A stretch of 64,000 nucleotides of DNA from Vicinamibacterales bacterium (GTDB lineage Bacteria > Acidobacteriota > Vicinamibacteria > Vicinamibacterales > UBA2999). Below the pieces are notes generated by a model. That model worked only from the letters and a program-made list of their open reading frames with translations. It had not been told where the DNA came from and made no database searches. The stretch spans positions 97,166-161,165 of the forward strand of contig DAIRVG010000001.1 in the NCBI GenBank assembly GCA_036802945.1. The letters run 5' to 3'. A program made the position numbers and the translations under genes. Numbering within the stretch: position 1 is the stretch's first letter; every line of letters begins with the position of its first letter. Below are positions 25,523 through 35,222 of this stretch, in pieces.

Positions 25523-28249
25523 ATGACCGCGGACGAGCCTGACTCGGCACGTCGTCTCGCCATCAATGTCGCGCTCGGGATCGCGGCGGTGATGGTCTGG
25601 ACGCTTCTGTCGCTCGTCACGGGCCGCATCAACGTCCACGACGGCCTCGGCTTCGACGGCGGCGAGTTCTCGTCGATGATCCGGGGCTTCACGCTCAAGG
25701 GCGGTGACCAGGCCACGCGCGTGTCTCCGTTGTTCCCCGCGCTTGCGTGGCTTCCGTACGCGCTCACCGGGGACGTCATTCGCAGTCTTGCCGTCGTCAA
25801 CGGCCTGTCGATCGCCGTGCTCGTGTTCGCCGCGTGTGTGCTCATGGACGGCCGGCGCAGCGAGACACCGTGGAAGGTCTTTGTCGCGTTGAATCTCACT
25901 CTGGCGATCGCGTTCAGCAAGGTGGCGGCGTTCGTACCGGGAAGCGCCGAGCTGTGTGCCATGGCGGCGCTGACGCTGGCGGTCGCCGCGTGTTCGGCTT
26001 CGCGGCCTCTTGTGACGGCCGGGACGCACGTTGCCGCGGTGATGGCGCTGCCGATTGGCCTGGTGGCCCCCCTCTACGGCGTCGTGCGGGCGACGCGACT
26101 GCGCGTGTCCGCGGCACGTACGGCGGTCATGTTCGCCCCGGCGGTTCTGATGTGGGTGTTCGTGCAATGGTGGGCGCGAGGAGGTGTCGCAGGTGCAGTC
26201 GAGGATTTCACGCCGCACGACCTGTTCGGCTCGACCGGCGTGTGGCTTCAGCCGCTGTTCCTCGCGATCGCCGCGTATTTCCTTGCGACGTCGGCCGGTG
26301 GGCTGAGCATCGTCGCCCTCGCGCAGCGGCACGCGTGGGGGCAGTTGGCGCGCCACTCGCCGGAGGCGATTGTTCTCCTCTGCGGCGTGCTGGCGTATGC
26401 GTTCGTCGCTGCTCCCGCCGCGCCCCTGGTCTTCGGGTTTCTGGCCCCGGTCTGGACTCTGCTCTGCGCCGAGTGGAGCCGCACGATCGATGTCCGCGCG
26501 CGATGGCAATGGTTCGCTGCCGGAGCGCTGTTGCTGCTGATCACCCAGCGTCCGCTCGCTCACATGGACCTGATGTCGTACTTCGTCGATTGGCATCCAT
26601 ACGACGTCTACCGTGGAAGCGCACCGGTGCAGTACGGGCAGCTGTGGGAGCATTGGATCCCCCGCTTCCTCGTCACGGCGGTCGCGGTCTGGATGATGTC
26701 GCTCGCGGCACGTTCGCGGGGGGCATTCGTCTCAGGCACTGCGCCCCCTGATGATGTGTTGCCGGGGCCCGCATCGCCGGAAGCGCCGCATCGTCAGGCC
26801 CGGACCGCGCGTACGTTCGCGTTGACGATCGCTCGCCGATGGATCACCCCCGTCGCGTACGTGTATGCCGTGCTGGTTGCTGCGGCCGCCGCGTACTTCC
26901 TGTTTGGCTTGCCGATCCAGCTTTCCGACAGCTTCGGGAATCTCCTCGCAATTCAGTCAGACTCCGTGTGGGAGGTGTTCAAGCGACAGCTCAGTCAGAG
27001 TGCTTACCTCCGGCCCCTGCTCCACGTCCAGCTGAAGATCGTTTACGAGCTCGCCGCGGGCAACTATTTCGGCTGGTTCAGAGGCCTGCAGGCCTTGCAG
27101 GTACTCGCTGCAGCTCTATTGACGGTCCGGCTGTTGCGGCCGCGCCGCGCGTCAGACCTGATGGTCGTCCCGTGCTGTCTCGCAATGGTGCTCGGTCTTC
27201 ACACGTTTGCCGGCGCTATCCGCGAGGCGTTTCCCATCAACACTTTTCTGACGCTCGTGCTGTGCTGCCTGGCCGCCGCCAACCTGGCGCAGACACGAGG
27301 GGGCTGGCTCGTCGAGGCGACCGCGGGAATGCTTCTGGCCTTTTCCCTCCTCACTCTTGAAACGGGGGTGCTGGTCTGGGTGATCTTCGTCGCCGCATAT
27401 CTGGCTGGATACAAGGGCGTATCGCGGCGGGGCCTTCTCGTCACGACCGCGGTTCTTGCCGCCTATTTCGTTCTGCGCGTGACTTTCCTGCACGTCGGCG
27501 CGCCAGCATTCGACGAGCGGTCGAGCGGATTCGGCTTTGCAGTCCTCGAGCCGTCGGAGCTCGTCGCACGCTTCAGCGGCAACCCGCTGCCTCTGTACCT
27601 CTATAACTACGCGTCCGCCGTTCTGACGGTCCTGTTCGCCGAACCCAGAGGCGGCGTCTGGCAGTTCGTTTCGGGTATCTCGCAGGGTTCGTTGCAGACG
27701 TGGAGCGTCGTCAATGTCCTCACTTCCACGCTGACCACCGCCGCGCTCGGCTGGTACGTGGCAGGTCGGGCGCGTGACTGGCTGCGCGGCAGCATTGCCG
27801 ACGACGATCGACCCGTGCTGCTGTTCCTCGCGATACTGCCCGCGAATGCGCTCCTGTGCGTCGTGTATGTCAAGGACGTTGTCATGAGCCCTGCGGGCGT
27901 GTTCTACGCATTGGCCGCGGCTGTCGCCTTGCGGGAGTGTGTCCAGAGAGCCACGCGAATGATGCCAGCACGGACGTCGATCTGGACCGTGGCCATGCTC
28001 GCAGTCATCTCGGCCGGATGGGGATGGAGGCTGCTTGGGATTCACTACAGCCTTCGCGCGGCGGCAGCGGATGTGCGCGCGGAATGGGCGTTCGAAGACG
28101 AATGGGAAGCCGCGAGTCACACCAGGATTAACACTCCGGAAGGGGTCTCGCTGAAGCAAACGCTGCTCGATGACGCCCTCTGGAGACGGCCGGCGCCGCC
28201 CCGGCTCGGCTTGCGGTGGCCGGAACACGCGTTCGATAAAACGCAATAG
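25523..28249 (+). CDS. Very large polytopic membrane protein (908 aa, two multi-TM modules), a GT-C / polymerase-like candidate
   Basis: Many hydrophobic helices are visible in both halves, for example INVALGIAAVMVWTLLSLV and VAYVYAVLVAAAAAYFLFGL. ATG 25523 follows the upstream stop by 2 nt. The 25052 extension overlaps the upstream gene. Confidence 0.65.
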   Translation: MTADEPDSARRLAINVALGIAAVMVWTLLSLVTGRINVHDGLGFDGGEFSSMIRGFTLKGGDQATRVSPLFPALAWLPYALTGDVIRSLAVVNGLSIAVLVFAACVLMDGRRSETPWKVFVALNLTLAIAFSKVAAFVPGSAELCAMAALTLAVAACSASRPLVTAGTHVAAVMALPIGLVAPLYGVVRATRLRVSAARTAVMFAPAVLMWVFVQWWARGGVAGAVEDFTPHDLFGSTGVWLQPLFLAIAAYFLATSAGGLSIVALAQRHAWGQLARHSPEAIVLLCGVLAYAFVAAPAAPLVFGFLAPVWTLLCAEWSRTIDVRARWQWFAAGALLLLITQRPLAHMDLMSYFVDWHPYDVYRGSAPVQYGQLWEHWIPRFLVTAVAVWMMSLAARSRGAFVSGTAPPDDVLPGPASPEAPHRQARTARTFALTIARRWITPVAYVYAVLVAAAAAYFLFGLPIQLSDSFGNLLAIQSDSVWEVFKRQLSQSAYLRPLLHVQLKIVYELAAGNYFGWFRGLQALQVLAAALLTVRLLRPRRASDLMVVPCCLAMVLGLHTFAGAIREAFPINTFLTLVLCCLAAANLAQTRGGWLVEATAGMLLAFSLLTLETGVLVWVIFVAAYLAGYKGVSRRGLLVTTAVLAAYFVLRVTFLHVGAPAFDERSSGFGFAVLEPSELVARFSGNPLPLYLYNYASAVLTVLFAEPRGGVWQFVSGISQGSLQTWSVVNVLTSTLTTAALGWYVAGRARDWLRGSIADDDRPVLLFLAILPANALLCVVYVKDVVMSPAGVFYALAAAVALRECVQRATRMMPARTSIWTVAMLAVISAGWGWRLLGIHYSLRAAAADVRAEWAFEDEWEAASHTRINTPEGVSLKQTLLDDALWRRPAPPRLGLRWPEHAFDKTQ

Positions 28250-28254
28250 GCCTC

Positions 28255-28788
28255 ATGCCCCTGGCCTCGGTAGTCGTCGCCTCGACAGGAGCCGATCGTG
28301 AAGATCGAGTCGCGCTCATTCCGGCTGTGGCACTTGCTGTTCCAGTGGTTTTGGCTTTCCTCGTCCTTGGTGCATTCGTGATCGCGGAGGCTGCCGGAGC
28401 GCGACCCTTTGCGGTGGCACCGGATGCGAACGTCGCGGAAGCGACGGCATTCGGGGACGCCGGGCAGGCGCTGGCGTTTATCGCTTCAGGACAGGATCCG
28501 AATCACCGCTGGACGGTGCGGCAGGACCTGGTGGATTCGCGCGGCGCATTGAACCTGACGGCCATACAGGCGGCGATCCTGGCGCGGCGCCCTGAACTCG
28601 TCGAACTCCTGCTGCGCCACGGTGCTCGCGCGGACGATCCGGAAGGGCTGGCGTGTCTCGCGCAGGCTGTCGGCAAGGGCGCCGAGCTACTCCCGTCCGT
28701 CTTCGGCGCAACGAACACCGACTACTATCACGGACCGCCGATCGGCGGCAGGGAGGCGCTCGCGCAGTGTGGCTTTCCGTTTGACTGA
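28255..28788 (+). CDS. Membrane-anchored protein with ankyrin-like repeat(s)
   Basis: TM segment IPAVALAVPVVLAFLVLGAFVI. Ankyrin-like LTAIQAAILARRPELVELLLRHGARADD. Confidence 0.45.
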   Translation: MPLASVVVASTGADREDRVALIPAVALAVPVVLAFLVLGAFVIAEAAGARPFAVAPDANVAEATAFGDAGQALAFIASGQDPNHRWTVRQDLVDSRGALNLTAIQAAILARRPELVELLLRHGARADDPEGLACLAQAVGKGAELLPSVFGATNTDYYHGPPIGGREALAQCGFPFD

Positions 28789-28795
28789 GGACCGC

Positions 28796-30508
28796 GTGGC
28801 TGACCAACGGGGACACGCTGGGGCCGATGTTGATGCTCGAAAGCCGCGAGTGGTGCGTTGGGGCACCTGGGCCACGGCAATCGTCCTGGGTGTCATCACC
28901 GCGATCGTGAGATTCCTCTCCGTCGTCGGGTTTCCCAACGATCACTACCTCCATCTGGCGGGAGCGCAGCAGATACTGTTCGGCGAATGGCCGACCCGCG
29001 ACTTCGTCGACCCGGGGATGCCCCTGATGTACGCCGCCTCTGCTGGTGCCCAGCTCCTGATAGGGCGCTCGCTCCTCGCCGAGGCCGTTCTCGTGAGCGT
29101 GGCGTTCGGGCTGGCAACCGCGCTTACCGTGTTCGCGGCGCGCCGGCTCTCGGGATCGCTGGCGATTGCGGTGCCGGCGGCCCTGGCGCAGCTGCTGATT
29201 TTTCCCCGCTCCTACGGCTACCCGAAGCTGCTGTTCTACGCGGCGGCGCCGCTCGTGGCGTGGTGGTATGCGGCCCGGCCATCCGTCGCGCGGCTCGCCG
29301 CGCTGTCGGCTCTCGTCGCGATTGCGTTTCTCTTCCGCCACGATCATGGGGTCTTCCTGGGTGTGGCCGCGTTCGTCGCGGTCGCGCTGACGCATGCGGC
29401 ACTCGGTCCGTGGCGCGCGCTGGCAAGAGCCGGCCTCATGGTGGCGTTCACGGTGCTATGGCTCGCGCCGTACGGACTCTACGTGATGCGTTATGCCGGT
29501 CTCGTTGACTACGTGCGCGTGGGCGCGGCCTACAGCCGGGCCGAGGCGGATCGGACGCGCATGGACATGCCTCGGCTCGTGCTTGGCGACGGCCTTACCG
29601 AGGCATGTGGCAAGGAGGGCGGCGGCCTGGCGTTCGCCAGGTGTGCAGCCAGGCACAACGCGGATGCGTGGATGTTCTACGGCTTCTACGCGCTGCCGCT
29701 CGCGGCGCTCGCGGTGGTGGGCGTTGCCGCCGGGCGGCGACGCGACTGGGACACTGCGGCGCTCGTGGCGCCCGTTGCGGTGCTGGCCCTGCTCGTAGAC
29801 TGGAGCTTCCTCCGCGATCCATTGGAATCGCGGTTGCCCGACGTGATCGTGCCAGCGGTGCTGCTTTTTGCGTGGCTTGCCGGCCGAGCCGTCCGTGTGG
29901 CTCCTTTCGTAGCGCGGCTTGTGCCTGTTGCCGGGCTCGCCCTCCTTGCGACGATCAGCGCCGAGGCGATCGCCGTTGTCGGCGACACCTATGAGCAGCT
30001 GGATCGGACCGGCCTGGCCGAGCACCCGGGGCGGGCGGCGGAGTTCGTGCGCGCGAAGTGGGCCGAGTTCGGCGATCCGTATTCACGCGAGCAGATGCCG
30101 GACGGCCGTGTCGAGCCGCTGGTGCCGTTCTTCCGCTACCTCCAGCGGTGCACGACACCCGACCAGCGTCTCCTCGTGACCGGAAACGCCCCCGAGCTGT
30201 ACGTCTTCGCCCGGCGCCCGTTCGCTGGAGGTCTGATCAGCTGGTTTCCAGGCTATTACGCAGCTGCGGACTCCGCCCTTGCGCAATCGCGGCTCGACGC
30301 GCAACGCGTCGCGTTCGTGCTGGTTCTCACCGACTGGTACGGCGAGTGGGTGCGCGCTTTTCCGCCTGTCGCCGCGTGGGTCTCTTCCCGGTTTATGCCG
30401 ATGACCGACATCCGGGTGAACGACGAGCGCACCGTCCACGTGCTCGTACATCGTGACTTTCTGGGCGCGGACCCCGACGCCAGCACCGGGTGGCCGTGCG
30501 CGCACTGA
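28796..30508 (+). CDS. Polytopic membrane protein, GT-C (ArnT/PMT)-like candidate with C-terminal soluble domain
   Basis: Multiple TM helices in the first ~400 aa, followed by a non-hydrophobic ~170-aa C-terminus. The GTG at 28796 is the first in-frame start after the upstream stop, so the start is uncertain. Confidence 0.55.
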   Translation: MADQRGHAGADVDARKPRVVRWGTWATAIVLGVITAIVRFLSVVGFPNDHYLHLAGAQQILFGEWPTRDFVDPGMPLMYAASAGAQLLIGRSLLAEAVLVSVAFGLATALTVFAARRLSGSLAIAVPAALAQLLIFPRSYGYPKLLFYAAAPLVAWWYAARPSVARLAALSALVAIAFLFRHDHGVFLGVAAFVAVALTHAALGPWRALARAGLMVAFTVLWLAPYGLYVMRYAGLVDYVRVGAAYSRAEADRTRMDMPRLVLGDGLTEACGKEGGGLAFARCAARHNADAWMFYGFYALPLAALAVVGVAAGRRRDWDTAALVAPVAVLALLVDWSFLRDPLESRLPDVIVPAVLLFAWLAGRAVRVAPFVARLVPVAGLALLATISAEAIAVVGDTYEQLDRTGLAEHPGRAAEFVRAKWAEFGDPYSREQMPDGRVEPLVPFFRYLQRCTTPDQRLLVTGNAPELYVFARRPFAGGLISWFPGYYAAADSALAQSRLDAQRVAFVLVLTDWYGEWVRAFPPVAAWVSSRFMPMTDIRVNDERTVHVLVHRDFLGADPDASTGWPCAH

Positions 30509-30597
30509 CCCGACCGGTGCTTCGGGGATGCGTCACGTTCGTTTCGCGCACCCGGCGGCGCTCGCGCCCGCGCCGACGTGTCCGGTAAGGAGTGCGA

Positions 30598-31068
30598 GTG
30601 GCCATTGCATCATCGGTTCGTCTCGGCAAAGATGTACAGATCTTCCAACCGGACCTCGTCAACCTGTACGGCTGCGAGGTCGGAGACGGCACGAAGATCG
30701 GCGCGTTCGTCGAGATTCAGAAAAATGCGTCGATCGGACGGCTGTGCAAGATTTCATCGCATACATTCGTGTGCGAAGGCGTGTCGATCGAAGACGAAGT
30801 GTTCATCGGTCATGGTGTGATGTTCATCAACGATCGTTTTCCGCGCGCAACGGCGGCCGGCGGGCTCCAGACCGAGTCGGACTGGCAGGTGGTACCGACG
30901 CGCGTACGCAGGGGTGCATCGATCGGCAGCGGTGCCGTCATCATGTGCGGCGTCACGATTGGCGCGCGGGCCATGGTGGGCGCGGGCGCCGTCGTCACCC
31001 GCGACGTTCCCGACGATGAGGTCGTGGCCGGTGTGCCGGCACGCGTCCGCGCAAGGGAGTCGCGGTGA
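30598..31068 (+). CDS. Left-handed beta-helix N-acetyltransferase (WbpD/WlbB/QdtC-like, 3-amino-sugar type)
   Basis: Hexapeptide repeats IGSGAVIMCGVTIGARAMVGAGAVVTRDVP. AAGGAG lies 5 nt upstream of GTG 30598 (the ORF track start 30592 overlaps the SD). Confidence 0.75.
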   Translation: MAIASSVRLGKDVQIFQPDLVNLYGCEVGDGTKIGAFVEIQKNASIGRLCKISSHTFVCEGVSIEDEVFIGHGVMFINDRFPRATAAGGLQTESDWQVVPTRVRRGASIGSGAVIMCGVTIGARAMVGAGAVVTRDVPDDEVVAGVPARVRARESR

Positions 31069-32102
31069 TCAATGTCGGCGTGATTGGTTACGGATACTGG
31101 GGCCCGAACCTCGTTCGCAATTTCGTGGAAACCGCCGGGGCGCGCGTCGGGTTCGTCAGCGAGACGCGGCCCGAACGCCTCGCGCAGGTGACGCTGCGCT
31201 ATCCGTCAACGAAGGTGTCGACGGACTACCGCGATCTGATCGCCGATACAGCCGTGGACGCCGTGGCGATCGCCACGCCCGTCTTCTCGCATTTCGACCT
31301 CGCGATGTCCGCGCTTCGCGCGGGCAAGCACGTGCTGGTCGAAAAGCCGATGACCGCGACGTCGGAGCAAAGCCAGCTGCTGATCGACGAAGCGGAGCGG
31401 CGGGGACTCGTCCTGATGGTCGACCATACGTTCGTCTACACGAACGCGGTCGCCAAGATTCGCGAACTGGTGGACGCCGGAGACCTCGGCGACATCTATT
31501 ACTTCGACTCGGTGCGCATCAATCTCGGTCTCTTTCAGCACGATGTCAACGTGCTCTGGGATCTCGCCGTTCACGATCTCTCGATCATGGATTTCGTGCT
31601 GGCGCGTTCCCCGGTGGCGGTTTCCGCGACCGGACTCTCGCACGTTCCCGGGACGCCGGAGAACATTGCCTACATGACGATGTTCTTCGAAGGCCGCCTG
31701 ATCGCGCATGTGCACGTGAACTGGCTCGCACCCGTCAAGGTGCGGCGCACGCTGCTCGGCGGCAGCCGGCGGATGATCGTCTTCGACGACCTCGAAGCCA
31801 GTGAGAAGATCAAGGTCTACGACCGGGGGATCTCGGTGAACCCGAGCCCCGAGAACGTGTACCAGATGATGGTTGGCTACCGGGCGGGCGACATGTGGGC
31901 GCCGCAGCTGGGCATTGCCGAGGCGCTGCACACCGAGGCGAAGCACTTCATCGAGTGCATCGACAAGAGGGCGACGCCCCGCAGCGACGGCCATGCCGGT
32001 CTTCGGGTGGTGCGGCTCCTAGAAGCCGCGACGCAATCGATGGCGCGACAGGGCCGCCCGATCCCGATCGCCGCGGCGATATCCGCCCCGTCTGGCACGT
32101 AA
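31065..32102 (+). CDS. Gfo/Idh/MocA-family nucleotide-sugar oxidoreductase (WbpB/WlbA-like)
   Basis: INVGVIGYGYWGPNLVRNF and VLVEKPMTAT. The GTG overlaps the upstream TGA. Confidence 0.8.
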   Translation: MINVGVIGYGYWGPNLVRNFVETAGARVGFVSETRPERLAQVTLRYPSTKVSTDYRDLIADTAVDAVAIATPVFSHFDLAMSALRAGKHVLVEKPMTATSEQSQLLIDEAERRGLVLMVDHTFVYTNAVAKIRELVDAGDLGDIYYFDSVRINLGLFQHDVNVLWDLAVHDLSIMDFVLARSPVAVSATGLSHVPGTPENIAYMTMFFEGRLIAHVHVNWLAPVKVRRTLLGGSRRMIVFDDLEASEKIKVYDRGISVNPSPENVYQMMVGYRAGDMWAPQLGIAEALHTEAKHFIECIDKRATPRSDGHAGLRVVRLLEAATQSMARQGRPIPIAAAISAPSGT

Positions 32103-32117
32103 CGCCGGCACTTATTC

Positions 32118-33218
32118 ATGATTCCGTTGGTCGACCTTCGGTCCCAGCTCCGCACCATCAGGAGCGAGATCGACGCCGCGATCGGGCGCGTGCTCGAGAG
32201 CACCCAGTTCGTCCTCGGGGATGAGGTCGCCGGCTTCGAGCGGGACTTCGCCGGGTACTGCCAGGCATCGGAGTGCGTGGGCGTGAACTCCGGCACGAGC
32301 GCCCTGCATCTCGCGTTGCTGGCCTCGGGCATCGGCGCCGGCGACGAGGTCATTACTGTTCCGTTCACCTTCGTCGCGACCGTCTCGGCTATCTGCTACA
32401 CCGGTGCGCGGCCGGTGTTCGTCGACATCGAACCCGAGTACTTCACGATCGACCCGGCGAAGATCGAAGCGGCCATCACTCCCCGGACCCGCGCCATTAT
32501 GCCCGTGCATCTGTACGGCCAGCCTGCCGACATGGATCCGATCGTCGACATCGCGCGCCGCCACAACCTGACGGTCATCGAAGACGCGTCGCAGGCGCAC
32601 GGTTCGGAGTACCACGGCCGTCGATGCGGATCGCTCGCGGAGGTGGCAGGTTTCAGCTTCTACCCGGGCAAGAACCTCGGCGCGTACGGCGAGGGCGGGG
32701 CGGTTGTCACGTTGCGCGCGGACGTCTCCGCGACCTGCCGGGCGCTCCGTGACTGGGGGCAGGAGACCCGGTACGTGCACCGCTGGAAAGGCTTCAACTA
32801 TCGAATGGACGGCATTCAGGGCGCGATCCTTCGCGTCAAGCTGCGCCACCTCGAGGCATGGACGAAGAAGCGGCGCCAGGTCGCCTCCTGGTACGGGGAG
32901 ACGCTGGACCGGGAAATCGTCCGCCTGCCGGAGGCGCGGCCGGGCTGCCGGCACGTCTATCACGTGTATGTCGTGCGCACCGACGACCGTGAGCGGTTAC
33001 GCGATGCGCTCGGGAGGCACGGCATACAAACGGGCATCCATTACCCGATACCCGTACATCTGCAGCCCGCTCACGCGGATCTCGGCTACGGCGCTGGCGA
33101 TTTTCCGCATGCAGAAGCTGCGGCGCGCGAAGTCTTGTCGCTGCCGCTGTTTCCAGAGATGACGCGCGATCAGGTCGAGACGGTGGCGGCCGGCGTGTCC
33201 GCCGCGGTGCGCGTCTGA
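32118..33218 (+). CDS. DegT/DnrJ/EryC1/StrS-family PLP aminotransferase (WbpE-like)
   Basis: ALHLALLASGIGAGDEVITVPFTFVAT, EDASQAHG and FSFYPGKNLGAYGEGG. Confidence 0.85.
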   Translation: MIPLVDLRSQLRTIRSEIDAAIGRVLESTQFVLGDEVAGFERDFAGYCQASECVGVNSGTSALHLALLASGIGAGDEVITVPFTFVATVSAICYTGARPVFVDIEPEYFTIDPAKIEAAITPRTRAIMPVHLYGQPADMDPIVDIARRHNLTVIEDASQAHGSEYHGRRCGSLAEVAGFSFYPGKNLGAYGEGGAVVTLRADVSATCRALRDWGQETRYVHRWKGFNYRMDGIQGAILRVKLRHLEAWTKKRRQVASWYGETLDREIVRLPEARPGCRHVYHVYVVRTDDRERLRDALGRHGIQTGIHYPIPVHLQPAHADLGYGAGDFPHAEAAAREVLSLPLFPEMTRDQVETVAAGVSAAVRV

Positions 33219-33233
33219 TCTCCTCCTTCAACG

Positions 33234-33926
33234 ATGACATCACCCGGCGCGCGCATTGTTCCGGCGATTCACGGGGTGAAGCCCGTCGAGCGCGACCCTG
33301 ACGCCGAGCTGACGCTCAGCGACGATCTCCGGCGATCGCATTCGCGCGATGCGTTGCTGCAGCTCGCGTCGCATCACGCGATCGGGGAGACTGATCTGGA
33401 CGCGCGGATGCGCCGGGCCGTGTGGCGCGCCCTTGCCAGGAGTTTCGGCCACGGAGTCAAAGTGGGGCGCGGGGCGATCGCCACCCATCTGGAGACATTC
33501 GAGATCGGCGATGGCGTGTTCATCGGTGAGCAGGCCTTCATCCAGGGCCGGTTCGAGGGACGATGCGTCATAAGCGATCACGTGTGGCTTGGCCCCCAGA
33601 GTTATCTCGATGCTCGGGACCTCGTGATCGAGGAGTACGTCGGATGGGGGCCCGGAGCGAAGGCCCTCGGATCGGAGCACACCGGTCATCCGCCTCACGT
33701 GCCTATCATCCAGACGGACCTGGAGATCAAGCCCGTCCGGATCGGCGCCTGGGCTGATATCGGGGTCAACGCCGTGATTCTTCCGGGCGTGACCGTTGGC
33801 AAAGGCGCGGTCGTTGGCGCAGGCGCAGTGGTCTCGCGGGATGTCGATCCGTTTGCCGTTGTGGCAGGCGTACCCGCGAGGTTTTTGCGGTGGCGCGACG
33901 GCCACGAGCCTTCACGGCCAGCATGA
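33234..33926 (+). CDS. Left-handed beta-helix acyl/acetyltransferase, second copy
   Basis: IGAWADIGVNAVILPGVTVGKGAVVGAGAVVSRDV. Confidence 0.7.
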   Translation: MTSPGARIVPAIHGVKPVERDPDAELTLSDDLRRSHSRDALLQLASHHAIGETDLDARMRRAVWRALARSFGHGVKVGRGAIATHLETFEIGDGVFIGEQAFIQGRFEGRCVISDHVWLGPQSYLDARDLVIEEYVGWGPGAKALGSEHTGHPPHVPIIQTDLEIKPVRIGAWADIGVNAVILPGVTVGKGAVVGAGAVVSRDVDPFAVVAGVPARFLRWRDGHEPSRPA

Positions 33927-35152
33927 GCCTTCCTATCGCGGCGCAGAATCTCGCGCGTGTTCTCTGGAACCGCACGGCGAAACTGTACCGACGTGGCCGC
34001 CATTGGACCCGCCGTCGGGCGAAGGACGTGCGAGAATCGGGCAAGCACGCGCGAGCACAAGTGAAGTCCGGCGGCGATCGCGGCCTCGACGCAGCGCACA
34101 CCGCCTACTCGGGCGTCATCCGCACGTCGAGATACTGGGACCGCCTGACCCGCCGGACATGGCCCGCGATCGCGCGCGACGTGGCGGTGCGGCGAACGTT
34201 GCGCTCGGCGGCGCGCGGCAACAATCGAATCTTCCTCGGGCCGTGGCTCTCGGAGGTCGGATACGAGACGCTGTACTGGGTGCCGTTCGTCCGGTGGTTC
34301 GTCAGGCACTACGATCTCGATCCCGATCGGATCGTCGCGATGTCGCGCGGCGGCGTGTCCGCCTGGTACGGAGGCATCGCGTCACAGTACGTTGAACAGT
34401 TCGAACTGTTTACACCTCAGGAATTTGCGGCGCGCAACGACGCCCGGCGCCGTGACACTGACCAGAAGCAGCTGGAACTCTCCGCCTTCGATGAGGAGAT
34501 CCTCGCTCGCACCCGCGCGCATCTGGCCGTCGACGGCGCGAGCGTCTGTCATCCCTCGACGATGTTCCGGCTGATGCGGCAGTTCTGGCTCGGCAATGAT
34601 TCGCTGCAGAGCGTGCTCGATTACACGGAGTACTCGCCCGTGACGACGATCGCGCCGGTGGGCCTTCCACCGCTGCCGAACGAGTTCGTCGCGGTGAAGT
34701 TCTACACGGGTCGCGCGTTGATGGATACACCTCGCCACCGCGAGCTGCTACGCGCATTGGTCGAGCGAATCAGCCGGCGGTATCCGATCGTGACGCTGAA
34801 CACGAACCTCGCGGTCGATGAGCATGAAGACTACGTGTTTCAGAACATTCCCGGCCTGATCACGCTCGATCGCTGGATGACCCCGCAGAACAACCTGGGC
34901 GTGCAGACCGAGGTGATCCGCCGGGCGTCGCGGTTTGTCGGAACGTGTGGAAGCCTGGCATGGCTGGCGCCAATGCTTGGCACCGAAACTCTCGCGGTAT
35001 ACGCCGACGATCATTTCCTCACATCACACCTGTATGCGGCGCGCCACGCGTACGCCTCAATGGAGGCCGCGCGCTTCACTACGTTGGATCTCGCGCTGCT
35101 CGATCAGATCGACGTGTTCGACCGTGCGGAAGGGTGGGTCTCCCGATCGTGA
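33923..35152 (+). CDS. Family B uncharacterised protein, stand-alone copy 4 (fifth family B domain in the window)
   Basis: FLGPWLSEVGYETLYWVPFVRW, MSRGGVSAWY, CHPSTMFRLM, FVAVKFY and VGTCGSLAWLAPMLG. ATG 33923 overlaps the upstream TGA. Confidence 0.7.
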   Translation: MSLPIAAQNLARVLWNRTAKLYRRGRHWTRRRAKDVRESGKHARAQVKSGGDRGLDAAHTAYSGVIRTSRYWDRLTRRTWPAIARDVAVRRTLRSAARGNNRIFLGPWLSEVGYETLYWVPFVRWFVRHYDLDPDRIVAMSRGGVSAWYGGIASQYVEQFELFTPQEFAARNDARRRDTDQKQLELSAFDEEILARTRAHLAVDGASVCHPSTMFRLMRQFWLGNDSLQSVLDYTEYSPVTTIAPVGLPPLPNEFVAVKFYTGRALMDTPRHRELLRALVERISRRYPIVTLNTNLAVDEHEDYVFQNIPGLITLDRWMTPQNNLGVQTEVIRRASRFVGTCGSLAWLAPMLGTETLAVYADDHFLTSHLYAARHAYASMEAARFTTLDLALLDQIDVFDRAEGWVSRS

Positions 35153-35222
35153 CGCGCCCTTCGTTCCCAGCCTGTGTGGACCATCACGCTGTGGCGGCCG
35201 AAACGGTCAGAGTGAGGATCAT

